This document shows positions 7,601 to 16,757 of a stretch of 23,533 nt of DNA, piece by piece. Each line of letters starts with the position of its first letter. Position 1 is the first letter of the stretch. The translations under genes were made by a program, and so were the position numbers. The stretch lies in contig JAKMXF010000101.1 of NCBI GenBank assembly GCA_024704765.1, positions 1 through 23,533 on the forward strand, given 5' to 3'. The stretch is from Oopsacas minuta (taxonomy: Eukaryota; Animalia; Porifera). A model generated the notes under the pieces. That model made no database searches and was not told the DNA's origin. It was given only the letters and a program-made list of their open reading frames with translations.

Positions 7601-9621
7601 TGAAATATTCTCGAATTTAGAATTGGTCCAGTATATAGTTGTCAGTGATAGTTTTCCTTTTGACTCACAAATGAGAATATGTTCAAAGGTAATATTGAAT
7701 TCCACATCCAATGTTATGTTTTCTGAAGGCAGAATTATTGTTGGAAATACTAAAAATGGAAAATGGATTATAATATTGGCGTAATCATAGCAACTTGGTT
7801 ACTGGTTGCATGGTTAGATCTAGCAACCTACTTGCTGGTGTTGATATTCCTAATCATCACCCTGATCACCTAAACCACCCCTACTTTCAGCTCTCACTCT
7901 TATTACATACATTGTTGCTTCATATTAATTGAGCAAAATTGTATATCAACAGTACTAATTCAAATTTACCTGTTGGATTAGTAGTTTGCAGTATACCAGT
8001 ATGGAAACCGCATAATAGCAAATCGTATGCTGTAAGCATTTTCCTTGCGAATATGCGAATTGTTCTATTAGACGAATTGCTAATTGGCGGTTTCCGCTGT
8101 AGTTAAAATACTTACAAAATTGTTTGCTATATCTATAAATAAATGATACCTAAACCCATTCTATTGGAATGGACTATTTATCTGAGGAAAATCCAAATTT
8201 TGACCTCTAAAATCATAGAATAGTGTAGAATAAATAATTGTTATAATTCCAGGGCTCTCAACCTTCTCGAGTCATGATCGCGTCTGCAAACAACAACAAA
8301 ATTCTGGTCTTTTCATATTAACTAATTTAAAATAATAAGAAATCGTGAATTTTTCACGAATAGTTACCCCTACCAATTAGCTGAATAGAATTGAGATTTC
8401 AACAGGCTCATACCACTATCCCAGTGGTTGCTAAACTGGGTCCATGGACCACTTAGTGGTCCACAGACGACAGCAAGGGGCCACAAGTTACATTGCAGTC
8501 TATGGTAGGGAGTCTACAGAATATGTTAAATTTGGTCAGAATGACCATATATGGGATTTCATGACATTGACGAATTATATAAGCATGTATAAATCAAATA
8601 ATCTTTGTAATAAACATGCTATATAGCCCTATAATTTCCGGTGATCGGTGTAATACGGCAATACTCCAGCGATATTTATTCTGATATTTTTCCTCCGGTG
8701 AAAAAATCGCCTTAATTGCTTTATAAGGACACAGATCATTGGATGATAAACAACTTTTATTTCACATGTCCACAAATATATTTAATAATTAATACTGGCA
8801 GTTGGCAAAGGTAAGTGTTAAGTACCTGTTTCTTCCATTATAGCTGTATACGTTTTACTTGTCCCACCATCCTCACTTACTTCACAGCTGTAGAATCCTG
8901 GTTGAGAAGTGAAAACTGGCATAGTACTAACTCCTAAATTATTATTTGTTGTAGAATTCAGATTGACACTGATGCCAGAAAAACTTAGATAACTCCACTT
9001 AACTTCTAGGTTGTTATTCTTCTCAGTAACACAATAGAGAGTAGTGTTTGTTTGTAAAGTAGCATTGTCTGATAATGCTGACGACATGGATCCAGAGATC
9101 TCTCCAAATGTGTTCACTAAAAGAATTCAATATTCAATATGTCAAGCAAAAGTGAATCTTTTCAGAATTTTGCTGTAATATCCACAAGCTTTGATAATAT
9201 AATTGTGACATTCTACTATATTAAATAGTACCTTTAGTGCTACAGAAGTAACATCTCCGTTTAACCTGGCAATCATTATCATCCCATCGTGGACTTCCCC
9301 AAGTGTATGCACAATCTTGGTTGTTATGATTATTAGGTTCACCAGATCCCCAATTCCTAAACGCACTATTACTACCATCAGCCCAAACAAATGTCCCTTC
9401 AACATCCTCATCATGTAATCCTATCCAACAGCGGTTTTGACCAGTATTAGTGCCATACATCAACGAATTCTCTCTTCTGGATGTCACTGTAGCAAGGTCG
9501 TAACCACCTGAAAGACACTGTGTTCTAGCATCATCCCAATTAACACTTGAGGTTCCGGTCGTGCGGAAATAACTAAAACATGTCCCTTTGAGTGATATTA
9601 CATCACACCCGCTTGTTGGCA
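4086..9621 (-). CDS. Adhesion GPCR (family 7tm_2): C-type lectin-Ig-Ig-GAIN/GPS-7TM, about 920 aa from 7 exons; 5' signal-peptide exon not located
   Basis: Exons 9232-9621, 8826-9116, 7193-7749, 6580-6861, 5751-5894, 5132-5633 and 4086-4687 all have GT-AG boundaries, with phases 1-1-1-0-0-0-1 giving one continuous frame. GPS motif W...C..SHF|TSFAVFV is followed by seven hydrophobic segments with family-B hallmarks (LHYIWLAVFTW, GWTFP, CFL, WAFISP, LGLPW, FILLN..MG..FF). Confidence 0.9.
4755..4918. mobile_element. pogo/Tigger-like MITE in an aGPCR intron
   Basis: TA|TAGTCAACTCCCATTATATCGA ... TCGATGTAACGGGAGTGACTG|TA: imperfect TIRs with TA flanks. Confidence 0.75.
5132..5633 (-). CDS. aGPCR exon: GPS motif and TM1-TM3
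   Basis: TCTTTAG|GCA ... ATA G|GTGAGT. Reads AEIAFYTKFTANLESICVALNGSIWNSDGIQ...TICSTSHFTSFAVFV...KLVI. Confidence 0.92.
5751..5894 (-). CDS. aGPCR exon: GAIN subdomain B (48 codons, not in the ORF track)
   Basis: CATTTTAG|GTT ... GAT|GTAAGT, phase 0-0, open: VATTLINRDSNQPVDPGEGMSSQASDILIIETLQEESNVYGRIELSED. Confidence 0.85.
5985..6465 (+). mobile_element. Helentron-associated (HINE/DINE-1-like) non-autonomous repeat, copy 1
   Basis: (GTTT/GTCC)-type microsatellite, two tandem core blocks (GGTAA..AAGTA.GCTGA.TC..AAT ... GAATATAGAGTAAACAAAT) and terminal GC hairpins including ACGAGCC-AAA-GGCTCGT (6444-6460). The same blocks recur at about 9895, 10700, 14425 and 20325. Confidence 0.6.
6580..6861 (-). 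CDS. aGPCR exon: GAIN domain
   Basis: CTATATAG|ACA ... GCG|GTAAAT, phase 0-0. Reads TEGMPSIITG...SYVFPG...QFSIPQSVAQQLAVDGNIA. Confidence 0.87.
6950..7098. mobile_element. Tc1/pogo-like MITE in an aGPCR intron
   Basis: TA|CAGTGGAACCTGCATCACCCGA ... TCGGTTTATGCAGGTTCTACTA|TA (18/22). The internal sequence is shared, in opposite orientation, with 10387-10507. Confidence 0.8.
7193..7749 (-). CDS. aGPCR exon: second Ig-like domain plus helical start of GAIN
   Basis: CCATTTTTAG|TA ... GCT|GTAAGT, phase 1-0. Contains LIC...IYW...FYCIAENTAG, the Ig C-W-YxC pattern. Confidence 0.88.
7770..7970 (-). pseudogene. Decayed fibronectin type III pseudo-exon inside the aGPCR intron
   Basis: Piecewise translation STVDIQF/AQLI/EATMYVIRVRAESRGGLGDQGDD*/GISTPASRLLDLTMQPVNQVAMITP resembles the FN3 L..AT.Y.I.VRA.S..G.G strands plus the start of the next repeat. 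It is broken by frameshifts and a TAG at 7850-7852. Confidence 0.6.
7996..8099. mobile_element. Short Tc1/pogo-like MITE
   Basis: TA|CCAGTATGGAAACCGCATAATAGCAAATCG ... CGAATTGCTAATTGGCGGTTTCCGCTG|TA: imperfect TIRs. Confidence 0.65.
8250..8470 (+). mobile_element. hAT-like terminal fragments
   Basis: CAGGGCTCTCAAC...CGCGTCT at about 8250 recurs at about 22724. CAGTGGTTGCTAAAC...GGACCACTTAGTGGTCC at about 8422 is echoed at about 22945. CAG(G/T)GG ends are typical of hAT MITEs. Confidence 0.45.
8826..9116 (-). CDS. aGPCR exon: first Ig-like domain
   Basis: TTCTTTTAG|TG ... ACA G|GTACTT, phase 1-1. Contains LYC...VKW...GFYSCEV. Confidence 0.87.
9232..9621 (-). CDS. aGPCR exon: long-form C-type lectin domain
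   Basis: TTTCTATAG|TG ... AAA G|GTACTA, phase 1-1. Motifs CF.Y...WDDAR.QC...LA.V...EN, WIGL.D...EG.F.W.DG, NW..GEPN, DC and WDD..C are present. Confidence 0.92.
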
Positions 9622-9894
9622 CTATAGAAACAGGAATTTTAGCTTCATATGATAATATAGTTACGTATTAATATAACAGGGGACTTGTTTTGTGCATAAA
9701 TTTGAAATTTTCCTATGATCGCACTGCAAAAACGACAAAATAACATAATATACTAAATACTGATAGACTAGATTATTTTTGATAGCTAATATGTACACCA
9801 ATTGACAATAAACACGAAGGATGCAGATTATTTGCTATTAATTAGGGCATATTCTAATTCAGTACTCTAAAAAAATGACAAATCTATAATATTT

Positions 9895-10285
9895 GTGAGT
9901 TTGTTTGTTTGTTGTTTGTTAGGGCAATCGAGTGTGCTGATTCCAGATTCTCGCTTTCGAATTACTGAAATGTAAATTTCTTTATGTTTATTTTATGAAT
10001 ATAAAGTAAACAAATAGTTGAAATCTTAAAATACACGTAGAGACTTACTCTTAACAGCTACATTGGGGTAACAAAGTTCGCTGAGTCTGAATTTTGCATA
10101 TTCAAGTTTCTCATATGCAAATTCTTTGTTGTTTTAATGAATATAGAGTAAACAAATTATTGAAATATTTATTTTGCAATTATATTTTTTGCTAAATTCG
10201 AGGCACGAAGTGCCGAGTCCCATACGAACACAAAGTGTTCCTAAGCCGCGCAGCGCGAACAAGCGAAACAGTTCGTATGTACAAT
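9895..10285 (+). mobile_element. HINE-like repeat, copy 2
   Basis: (GTTT)n, two core blocks and terminal GC hairpins (CGAGGCACGAAGTGCCGAG; GCGCAGCGCGAACAAGCGAA) shared with copies 1 and 4. Confidence 0.6.
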
Positions 10286-10386
10286 AGAACAAAGGAAGTT
10301 ACAGATTTTCATTGTTTACACATTCAAATATTCAACAAAACTAGATAATTATAACAAAAATTCCCAAAGTCAAAAGAATCCGATTA

Positions 10387-10507
10387 CAGTGGAACAACCT
10401 GCATAAACCGACACTCCTTGGAACATCAAAATATTGTCGCTTTAGTAAATTGTCAGATTATCAGGTCAATTCATAATGTCGGAAGCTATTTCAGATCAGA
10501 TACACTG
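10387..10507. mobile_element. Internally deleted copy of the 6950-7098 MITE family
   Basis: TA|CAGTGGAACAACCTGCATAAACCGA ... CACTG|TA. The internal TTGTC.GATT...TCGGAAGCTATTTCA.ATCAG matches 6950-7098 reverse-complemented. Confidence 0.7.
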
Positions 10508-10699
10508 TAAGATTATGCTGGTTTACTAATTTTATATGAGAATTTGGAATAAGAATTCCATACACTGACTTGACGACAAATAAATAAATTCGGGATCTAT
10601 GTAGCCCGACTTCATACTTGTATTTGGCACGTATGAAATCGGGGGACATGACTTATGATCCAGACAAAACATTCTAAATCCAAAGAAATATTGGATATT

Positions 10700-11000
10700 T
10701 CTTTTAGCACAGCTCCTTTAGGGAGATGCCCTAATGGCATGGACGATGTGCGACGTCCGTCCGTCCTTCCCCGCGGCATTGCGAATTCTATCAATCAGAT
10801 TTACATGGAATTAGTACACATATTCATTTTTGGAGATTTCCACAGCGGGTATGAGATTATTCTAAAGTGAATGTTTCACACTTTTCTATATAAATTCAAA
10901 AGGAAGCTAGAGATTAGGTTTCAACATGACTGGGGTAATCGAGTGCGGAGAGTCCGATTTTGAGATTTGATTTTCGAGTCCCAAAGTTACAAATTCACAG
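10700..11000 (+). mobile_element. HINE-like repeat, copy 3
   Basis: TTTTAGC... start, (GTCC)n microsatellite near 10755-10770 and core GGGGTAATCGAGTGCGGAGAGTCCGAT near 10932. Confidence 0.5.
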
Positions 11001-11379
11001 ATATATAATATGATTAATCATATTTCACACCATTTGGTATATTTTTCAAAATTATACTAGGAATAACAATTGAATGACTATTGTAGGGACCTGAGTTTGT
11101 ATATATCATACTTACCAACCCCTTGTAACAGTTCCCCTGGATATTTTCTCGATACCCTTGTATTTTCTAATTGTTTCTGTATTTGAAATTTTCTATGCAA
11201 ATAATAGGATTTTTTCCCTCTTATTTTATGAGAAAAAGCACCAAATATCCAATAGTTTCCCTGCATTTAGTAATTTCCCAGGATCGAATGTCAAATCCCG
11301 TGATAATCAAGGGATCCCTGGATGGTTGGCAAGTCTAGTATATATGTGTTCGTCTATAGACTCATTAAGTAGAAGTACT

Positions 11380-12045
11380 AGTATCTGGCAATATCGGGTC
11401 TTGGAACTTGGGCACATTGGTATTTCGTAATTGTTTAAAGTTTGACACATATGTATTATTATCGAATAGGAAGTAATAGTTAGGGAAGTCAATTGGTAAT
11501 ATTATTTTATCCAAAATATTTGTGGATTGTGAATCATGCGGTTTTCACACCTTTTCCCAGTATTGTAGAATATTTAACATCTCGTCATTATTCCTAGGTA
11601 GATGAATGAAATGTATTATCGTTGAGTAGGAATTCACACATAGTGAAGCTGTGGACATGTTGTCCACCCTTAGCATTCTAATACATTAAGGCAATGGCGC
11701 AGGCAATATTTAGATTGGTTAAACAGTTTGGGATTATGTGGTGGAGGCCATAGCTGGAGTATAGCGGGGAAGTTATATTATGACAATCAATATTTTTGAA
11801 ACTCACATTGTCCATGTACGAAGTATTGCATTGACATTATCATCAGATACAACAGTGATGAATTGATAATTAATTTCATGACAGAATAGAATCAATCTAT
11901 CTTCAGTGTGCAATAATTATACAATTCTGGTTTCAATTTCCTTCAAATTTTCCATAGCTAAATCAGGTTTATATATCTCTACAACCTGATTAACATTTGT
12001 GAAACAGGTGATTAATGCTGTAATATTAATGCTGCTTACATTTGC
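11380..12045 (-). pseudogene. Possible decayed spliced gene of unknown family
   Basis: TATTTAG acceptor near 12045, then a frame of about 80 codons with one TAA (NVSSINITALITCFT...KEIETRIV*LLHTEDRLILFCHE...ILRTW) ending at a GTGAGT donor near 11805. Further frameshifted coding-like stretches run down to about 11380. No family recognised. Confidence 0.3.
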
Positions 12046-12704
12046 TAAATATAATCAGGGAAGGTTTAAAAATAGTTGAATATATTTCCATTATATCTTA
12101 TGGAAGCATCCATACATAAGCATTATGGAATATAGATTAGCAATCTCAAATTTAAGTGCAAATACCAGCAAGAAAGATTAGTAATATTTACAAAGGTTAC
12201 TATGATGCATACAGTATATCAGTGGTTCTTAATCGGCGTGCCGCGGCACACTTGTCTCAGAACGCTTTGAAAGGTGCCACCAAAATCCATTGACATGTAT
12301 AACAGATTTGATAATATGTTTTAAATGCTTTAGTCTCCAAGCCTCTGGACTATAATATCAACGAAAACTAATCTGTTGAGTTAGCGAAGATTGTTACATT
12401 TTTGAGCGTCTATTGTTTTTATCATTCTGATTGTTAGTTGATTTAGTTGTGTCACAGGAAAACTGGTCCTTGACTCAGACCCATGGCAACGCCGCAGAAT
12501 GCGGCCTCCAAACGACCAAAATGACTGCTTCATGACACAGTAATACAGTATTCAAAATTACTCTACTATGACCGATTACGGTCTAAGTTTTACGCTCTTA
12601 ATGAAAAGGAACACTATAAATCGTTTTAACCAATTCCCGCACAAAAAACGAGATAGTAGCACTTTGTGCGTCATAAAATCGCACATTTATTCGGTTAAGT
12701 CATA

Positions 12705-13701
12705 CAGAGCTGCAAATGGGTCAATGGGTCATGATTCATTATGGGCAGGGCCGGATTAGCATTCGATGGGCCCTAAGCCAAGCATACTATGAGGCCCTCT
12801 CTATAATTCCTGCTCAGAATAGCAAGCATTTCAAAGAGGCTCACACCTCACTCCCTGCCTCGCTTAATATAAACTGGAAGCATATATGTAACTGACAAAT
12901 ACCATTTTGAATTGAATCAACTAATCTAGTGGAAAAGTAAAAAAATAATAAAAACCATTGAGTTTTAATATATATAAGATAACTTCATTCACTGCTAGGC
13001 TGAATGGAACTCATAAATGAAGCTTAACAATCGGATATAGTGGATATATACGTTGTTTTGATGTTTTCACATTGACTGCCTTTGTCATTCAATTAAGATT
13101 GATTTTTGTGGCGTTCGCATTCAAAATGACTACACTTTGTGAGCAAACAACAAACGCAGTGTGGGGACTGAGACTGGCTATGCCAAGCTATTTTTCGTCG
13201 AATTGGTGTGGGCCGTGAGACCCCCCAGAACTGTGAGGCCCTAAGCCATGGCTTATTTGGCTTATAGGCTAATCCAGGCCTGATTATGGGTCACGACCCA
13301 CCAATGTTCATTCATAATTTTAGATACAATGTATGCGTACGAGGCATCACTTCAGATAACTTGTTAATAATAGAGTTAATTAATAATGGTGGTCGTTATA
13401 CTGAAAGTTTTTAATACCATAAAGTGCGAGTAAGGTATACGTATGTCTTCAGGTTTACTAATAGCAACTATCAATAAAGCTTCAATGCATTTAATGCTCG
13501 GCATATCATAACATCTCAACGTAATGCAATGTTACCAGACTATCAAAGCTGTCTCGATCGTGTTAGAAGGATGTAAATACAACTTGGTTTCATGATTTTG
13601 TTAAACTAACTACATACATTATACTTTCTTATAATAATCAAATACATAATAGATCGGGATGGGTCATATGGGTCACTACATGTGACCCATATGCAGCTCT
13701 G
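12705..13701. mobile_element. hAT-like non-autonomous element (middle layer)
   Basis: TIRs CAGAGCTGCAAATGGGTCA / TGACCCATATGCAGCTCTG (18/19). 8-bp flanks AAGTCATA / AAGTCAGA (7/8). Confidence 0.88.
12746..13282. mobile_element. hAT-like MITE, 537 bp (inner layer)
   Basis: TIRs CAGGGCCGGATTAGC / GCTAATCCAGGCCTG (13/15). Perfect 8-bp TSD ATTATGGG at 12738-12745 and 13283-13290. Confidence 0.92.
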
Positions 13702-14424
13702 AAGTCAGAGCCAGAGGTGTATTGGGGGGGGAACGCCGTTCCCTTACTTTAAATTCCAGAGGGAAATAGGGGGACGCGAAGCCGCTTCTTCATGGAAATA
13801 TTTGGATTATTTAACAATATTTTTTAGGTTAGAAATTAGTCAACATTTTATTACCAAACACTTAATATATTTTGTATTATCCAATTATTGTGTAAGTATC
13901 GTTTACATGTGGAAATGCTTTTGTTCCTCCGATATTCGATCTAGAACCCAAATACCATAAAAAATTTGGCCCGCTAGACCAATTTTCAAGGAGATCAAAA
14001 TTTTCGCGACAGTTCTATTCCTGTGCTATCATTGTTAAATATAATCATAATACTATTAATAAACATAGAACATATAGTTAGGAGGAGTCCACTTCACCAA
14101 GAAGAGCACTCCCGTTCACCACCAGCCTACTGGCTTGTGAATACTGATATTCGGTTGGACAGGTTTCAACCTTGCTTAAAATTGAAAATTTCACCAGTCA
14201 TATGTTCACTTCTATCTCTTCTCTAACTCGAGATATTAAGCTTTCAATTTATTAAAGAGGAGATGATAAAGTAATAATCTTGCATTAGCACGTGGGGAAT
14301 TTGCCCGATCAACCTGAGATTTAATACGATTTAGGGGACCAAGTAACCTATGTTGAGGGTTCATTTCTAGTTTTACTCCACTTGGTTGCTACAATTGTGT
14401 AGCAACACATGTTGTTTGACAATA

Positions 14425-14825
14425 TATGAGCACGCTTCGCTTGTTCGCGCTGCTCGGCATACGAACACTTCGTGTTCGCACAGGTCTCAGCAATGCATAC
14501 CTTACTATACATAGTATAACAAAATCTAAATTTTTTAAACTAATATATAACAAATTTAAATGTGTGAACTTGAAAATTCAGCGTACTTGATTCCCCATGT
14601 ATAGCCATAGAGAGCAGGTCTATACGATTATTTCAAGGCTTCAATTCTTTGTTTACTTTATGCACCTAAACAACAACAAATATTCACAATATGTTGTTAA
14701 CAACATCATATATGGAATTAATGTACTCGATTACCCCATAATAGCCGTTTAAGCAAGTTACTAGGACAATATAGAACACAACTGTTCGCAAGCCCCACAC
14801 CGCGAGCAAGCGAAGCGGCTCATAA
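14425..14825 (-). mobile_element. HINE-like repeat, copy 4 (reverse orientation)
   Basis: TTCGCTTGTTCGCGCTGCTCGGCATACGAACAC is the reverse complement of the copy 2 end. Reversed cores lie near 14575 and 14722, and a GCGAGCAAGCGAAGCGGCTC end is present. Confidence 0.6.
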
Positions 14826-14959
14826 TAGCATAAAATATAAAATAATATTTGTACTTGCATACATGATACATGCTACATCATATCCAGATATACAATTATA
14901 CATATTCTATGATTGGGTGTATATTCAGCATAGCTAACCATTAGCTGTATTAGTAGACA

Positions 14960-16606
14960 TTATTCCCAGGGATAAGTACAGTAACCAGGTCCTAAGGGTT
15001 CTGCAGGTATCCCTCTATTGAGGAGTCTACATCTGTGTTTGTGTAACCTGTCGTATAACTCATCATTAGATATATCTATAGTACTTGAACCAGTCCATAG
15101 TCTCTCAGCTATAGGACTAGCTCTAGGCCAAACACGAGATAGAGAATTAGTTCCGTCTACCAACTCTGCCCAGATAGTTGCCTCTCCTCCTAATACGAGG
15201 ATCTCTTGTAGATTAGTACCTCCAAACTTTTCTGGGTCACATCTGAAATATGTTTCATAGTCAGGAGTATGACTAATTAGGTTTATATACCAACATGATG
15301 ACAAGAGGGCGTGGTAACCAGCAGCTGTTACATTGTTCATCTCTTCCTCCCAGTTATGGCTATCTTTCCAGACATGTATAATAGTATCTTGTTTAATCTT
15401 ATTACCATTATCAAACACTTCTTGCCAAACCACATAACTCTTGCCCAGCTGCTCAACTAGTTCAATCAACTTATTCATGTAAAACTGCTCAAACATAGCA
15501 TAGTCTGTATAATTACTCTCTTTCATCCACTGTTGAATATAAGGGTTTGACTTCCAGCAATCGAAATTCACCTCATCTCCTCCCAAATGAATGTACTGAT
15601 ACTTAAACTCAGATACAATCTCTTTGAATAGACCAGTTAAGAAAGGCCATGTCACATCAGAAATAGCGTTGATAGGTCCGTAGGTCCCATCAGGCTTATC
15701 GTCAGTATAGCAGGGTGTTAGTAGACCTGGCTGACCCTTTCCCCAACTGTCTGTGTGTCCTGGAGTGTCAAATTCTACCATTACTCTAATACCGTGCATA
15801 TTGGCATGAGTAATAACCTCCTGCACATCAGATTTTGAGTAGGTGTGTCTTGAACTATAAGCGCCTTTTGCACTCATATCAGGGAACATATCGCTGACAT
15901 ACGGGAATGCCTGCATATCTACAATGTGCCAGTGGAATATATTGAATTTATTCCAGGCCATTACATCTAGATGTGTCTTGAGCAGAGGCACAGGCAGAAA
16001 GTGACGTGAGGTGTCGTATAGTATACCTCTGTGTTTGAAGTAGGGAGCATCATTTACGTCACACTCGTGAACATACAGCTGATTGTCACTATATTCCAGA
16101 ATCAGCTGACTGAAGGTTTCAATACCTCTCAGTGCTCCGTACACATTCGTAGCCATCAGTGTGGAGGCGGGGTAACCAACTGAGAGGTTGTAGTCCTCTT
16201 TGGTGTCAAATGTCAAACTGGCGTCATCAATATCTAGGGTAACGTTAAGCTGAATAAAGCCTAACTCCACTTCAAACTTGGACTTCTGTATGAAGCTATC
16301 AGGAATCTGTTTGGTAAGGTCGTGTATAATATGGTAATACTCATTAAACGCATTTGATAGTATTGGGTGTGAGTTGGGGAATTCACCAGGAGACATCAGA
16401 GCGAAGTGCATTTCGTTGCGTAGAATGTAGTATGCATTATCTGTACAGGTCATCTTGATAGGATAAGGCCAAACATAAGAAGAGATGTTTGTTTTTGTTG
16501 TTATCGACACATAAGAACCCGATTTCGGAGAGATATGAACTTTGGAGAATTCGCAATAAACTGAGAGAATTACAGAGCACAGAATAAAGAGAATATCCCA
16601 CAGCAT
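14960..16606 (-). CDS. HEXB: Lysosomal-type beta-N-acetylhexosaminidase (GH20, HEXA/HEXB family), 548 aa, single exon
   Basis: Uninterrupted ORF. The first ATG (16606) opens a signal peptide MLWDILFILCSVILSVYC. GH20 motifs: VWPYP, HRGILYDTSRHFL, NIFHWHIVD, EFDTPGHT, catalytic HLGGDE (D-E at 15572-15577), WY and GGE..W.E...WPRA..AERLW. Assignment to HEXA versus HEXB is not resolvable; it is probably co-orthologous to both. Confidence 0.96.
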   Translation of the reverse strand: MLWDILFILCSVILSVYCEFSKVHISPKSGSYVSITTKTNISSYVWPYPIKMTCTDNAYYILRNEMHFALMSPGEFPNSHPILSNAFNEYYHIIHDLTKQIPDSFIQKSKFEVELGFIQLNVTLDIDDASLTFDTKEDYNLSVGYPASTLMATNVYGALRGIETFSQLILEYSDNQLYVHECDVNDAPYFKHRGILYDTSRHFLPVPLLKTHLDVMAWNKFNIFHWHIVDMQAFPYVSDMFPDMSAKGAYSSRHTYSKSDVQEVITHANMHGIRVMVEFDTPGHTDSWGKGQPGLLTPCYTDDKPDGTYGPINAISDVTWPFLTGLFKEIVSEFKYQYIHLGGDEVNFDCWKSNPYIQQWMKESNYTDYAMFEQFYMNKLIELVEQLGKSYVVWQEVFDNGNKIKQDTIIHVWKDSHNWEEEMNNVTAAGYHALLSSCWYINLISHTPDYETYFRCDPEKFGGTNLQEILVLGGEATIWAELVDGTNSLSRVWPRASPIAERLWTGSSTIDISNDELYDRLHKHRCRLLNRGIPAEPLGPGYCTYPWE

Positions 16607-16757
16607 TCTACGATAAATGACACATATGAGAATAATTATAAATACAGTCAGCGTCACTTATTGGAACCCTCAAGAGACCAACAATAATATTCTTAAATGA
16701 GACTTCATATTAAAAAGAAGAATTGGTCGTACAATTTTTAAGGAATAAATACAATTA

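Larger units (their letters stand above)
12450..14011. mobile_element. Putative outermost TGTC...GACA element hosting the hAT nest
   Basis: Ends are TGTCACAGGAAAACTGGTCC and GATCAAAATTTTCGCGACA, a weak TIR match. Flanks GTTG/GTTC match at 3/4. Confidence 0.4.

Noticed and set aside
3777-12045. Genome-wide TAA reassignment suggested by in-frame TAA in several relic frames
   Set aside because: The intact hexosaminidase terminates at TAA, and the long real ORFs contain no internal TAA.
14150-14260. IESLISRVREEIEVNI* on the minus strand, like the N-terminus of a coil+NHL gene
   Set aside because: Too short and stop-bounded to support by eye. It may be a further family relic.
16607-16657. 17-codon N-terminal extension of the hexosaminidase in the ORF track
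   Set aside because: It starts at GTG. The first ATG at 16606 directly opens a normal signal peptide.
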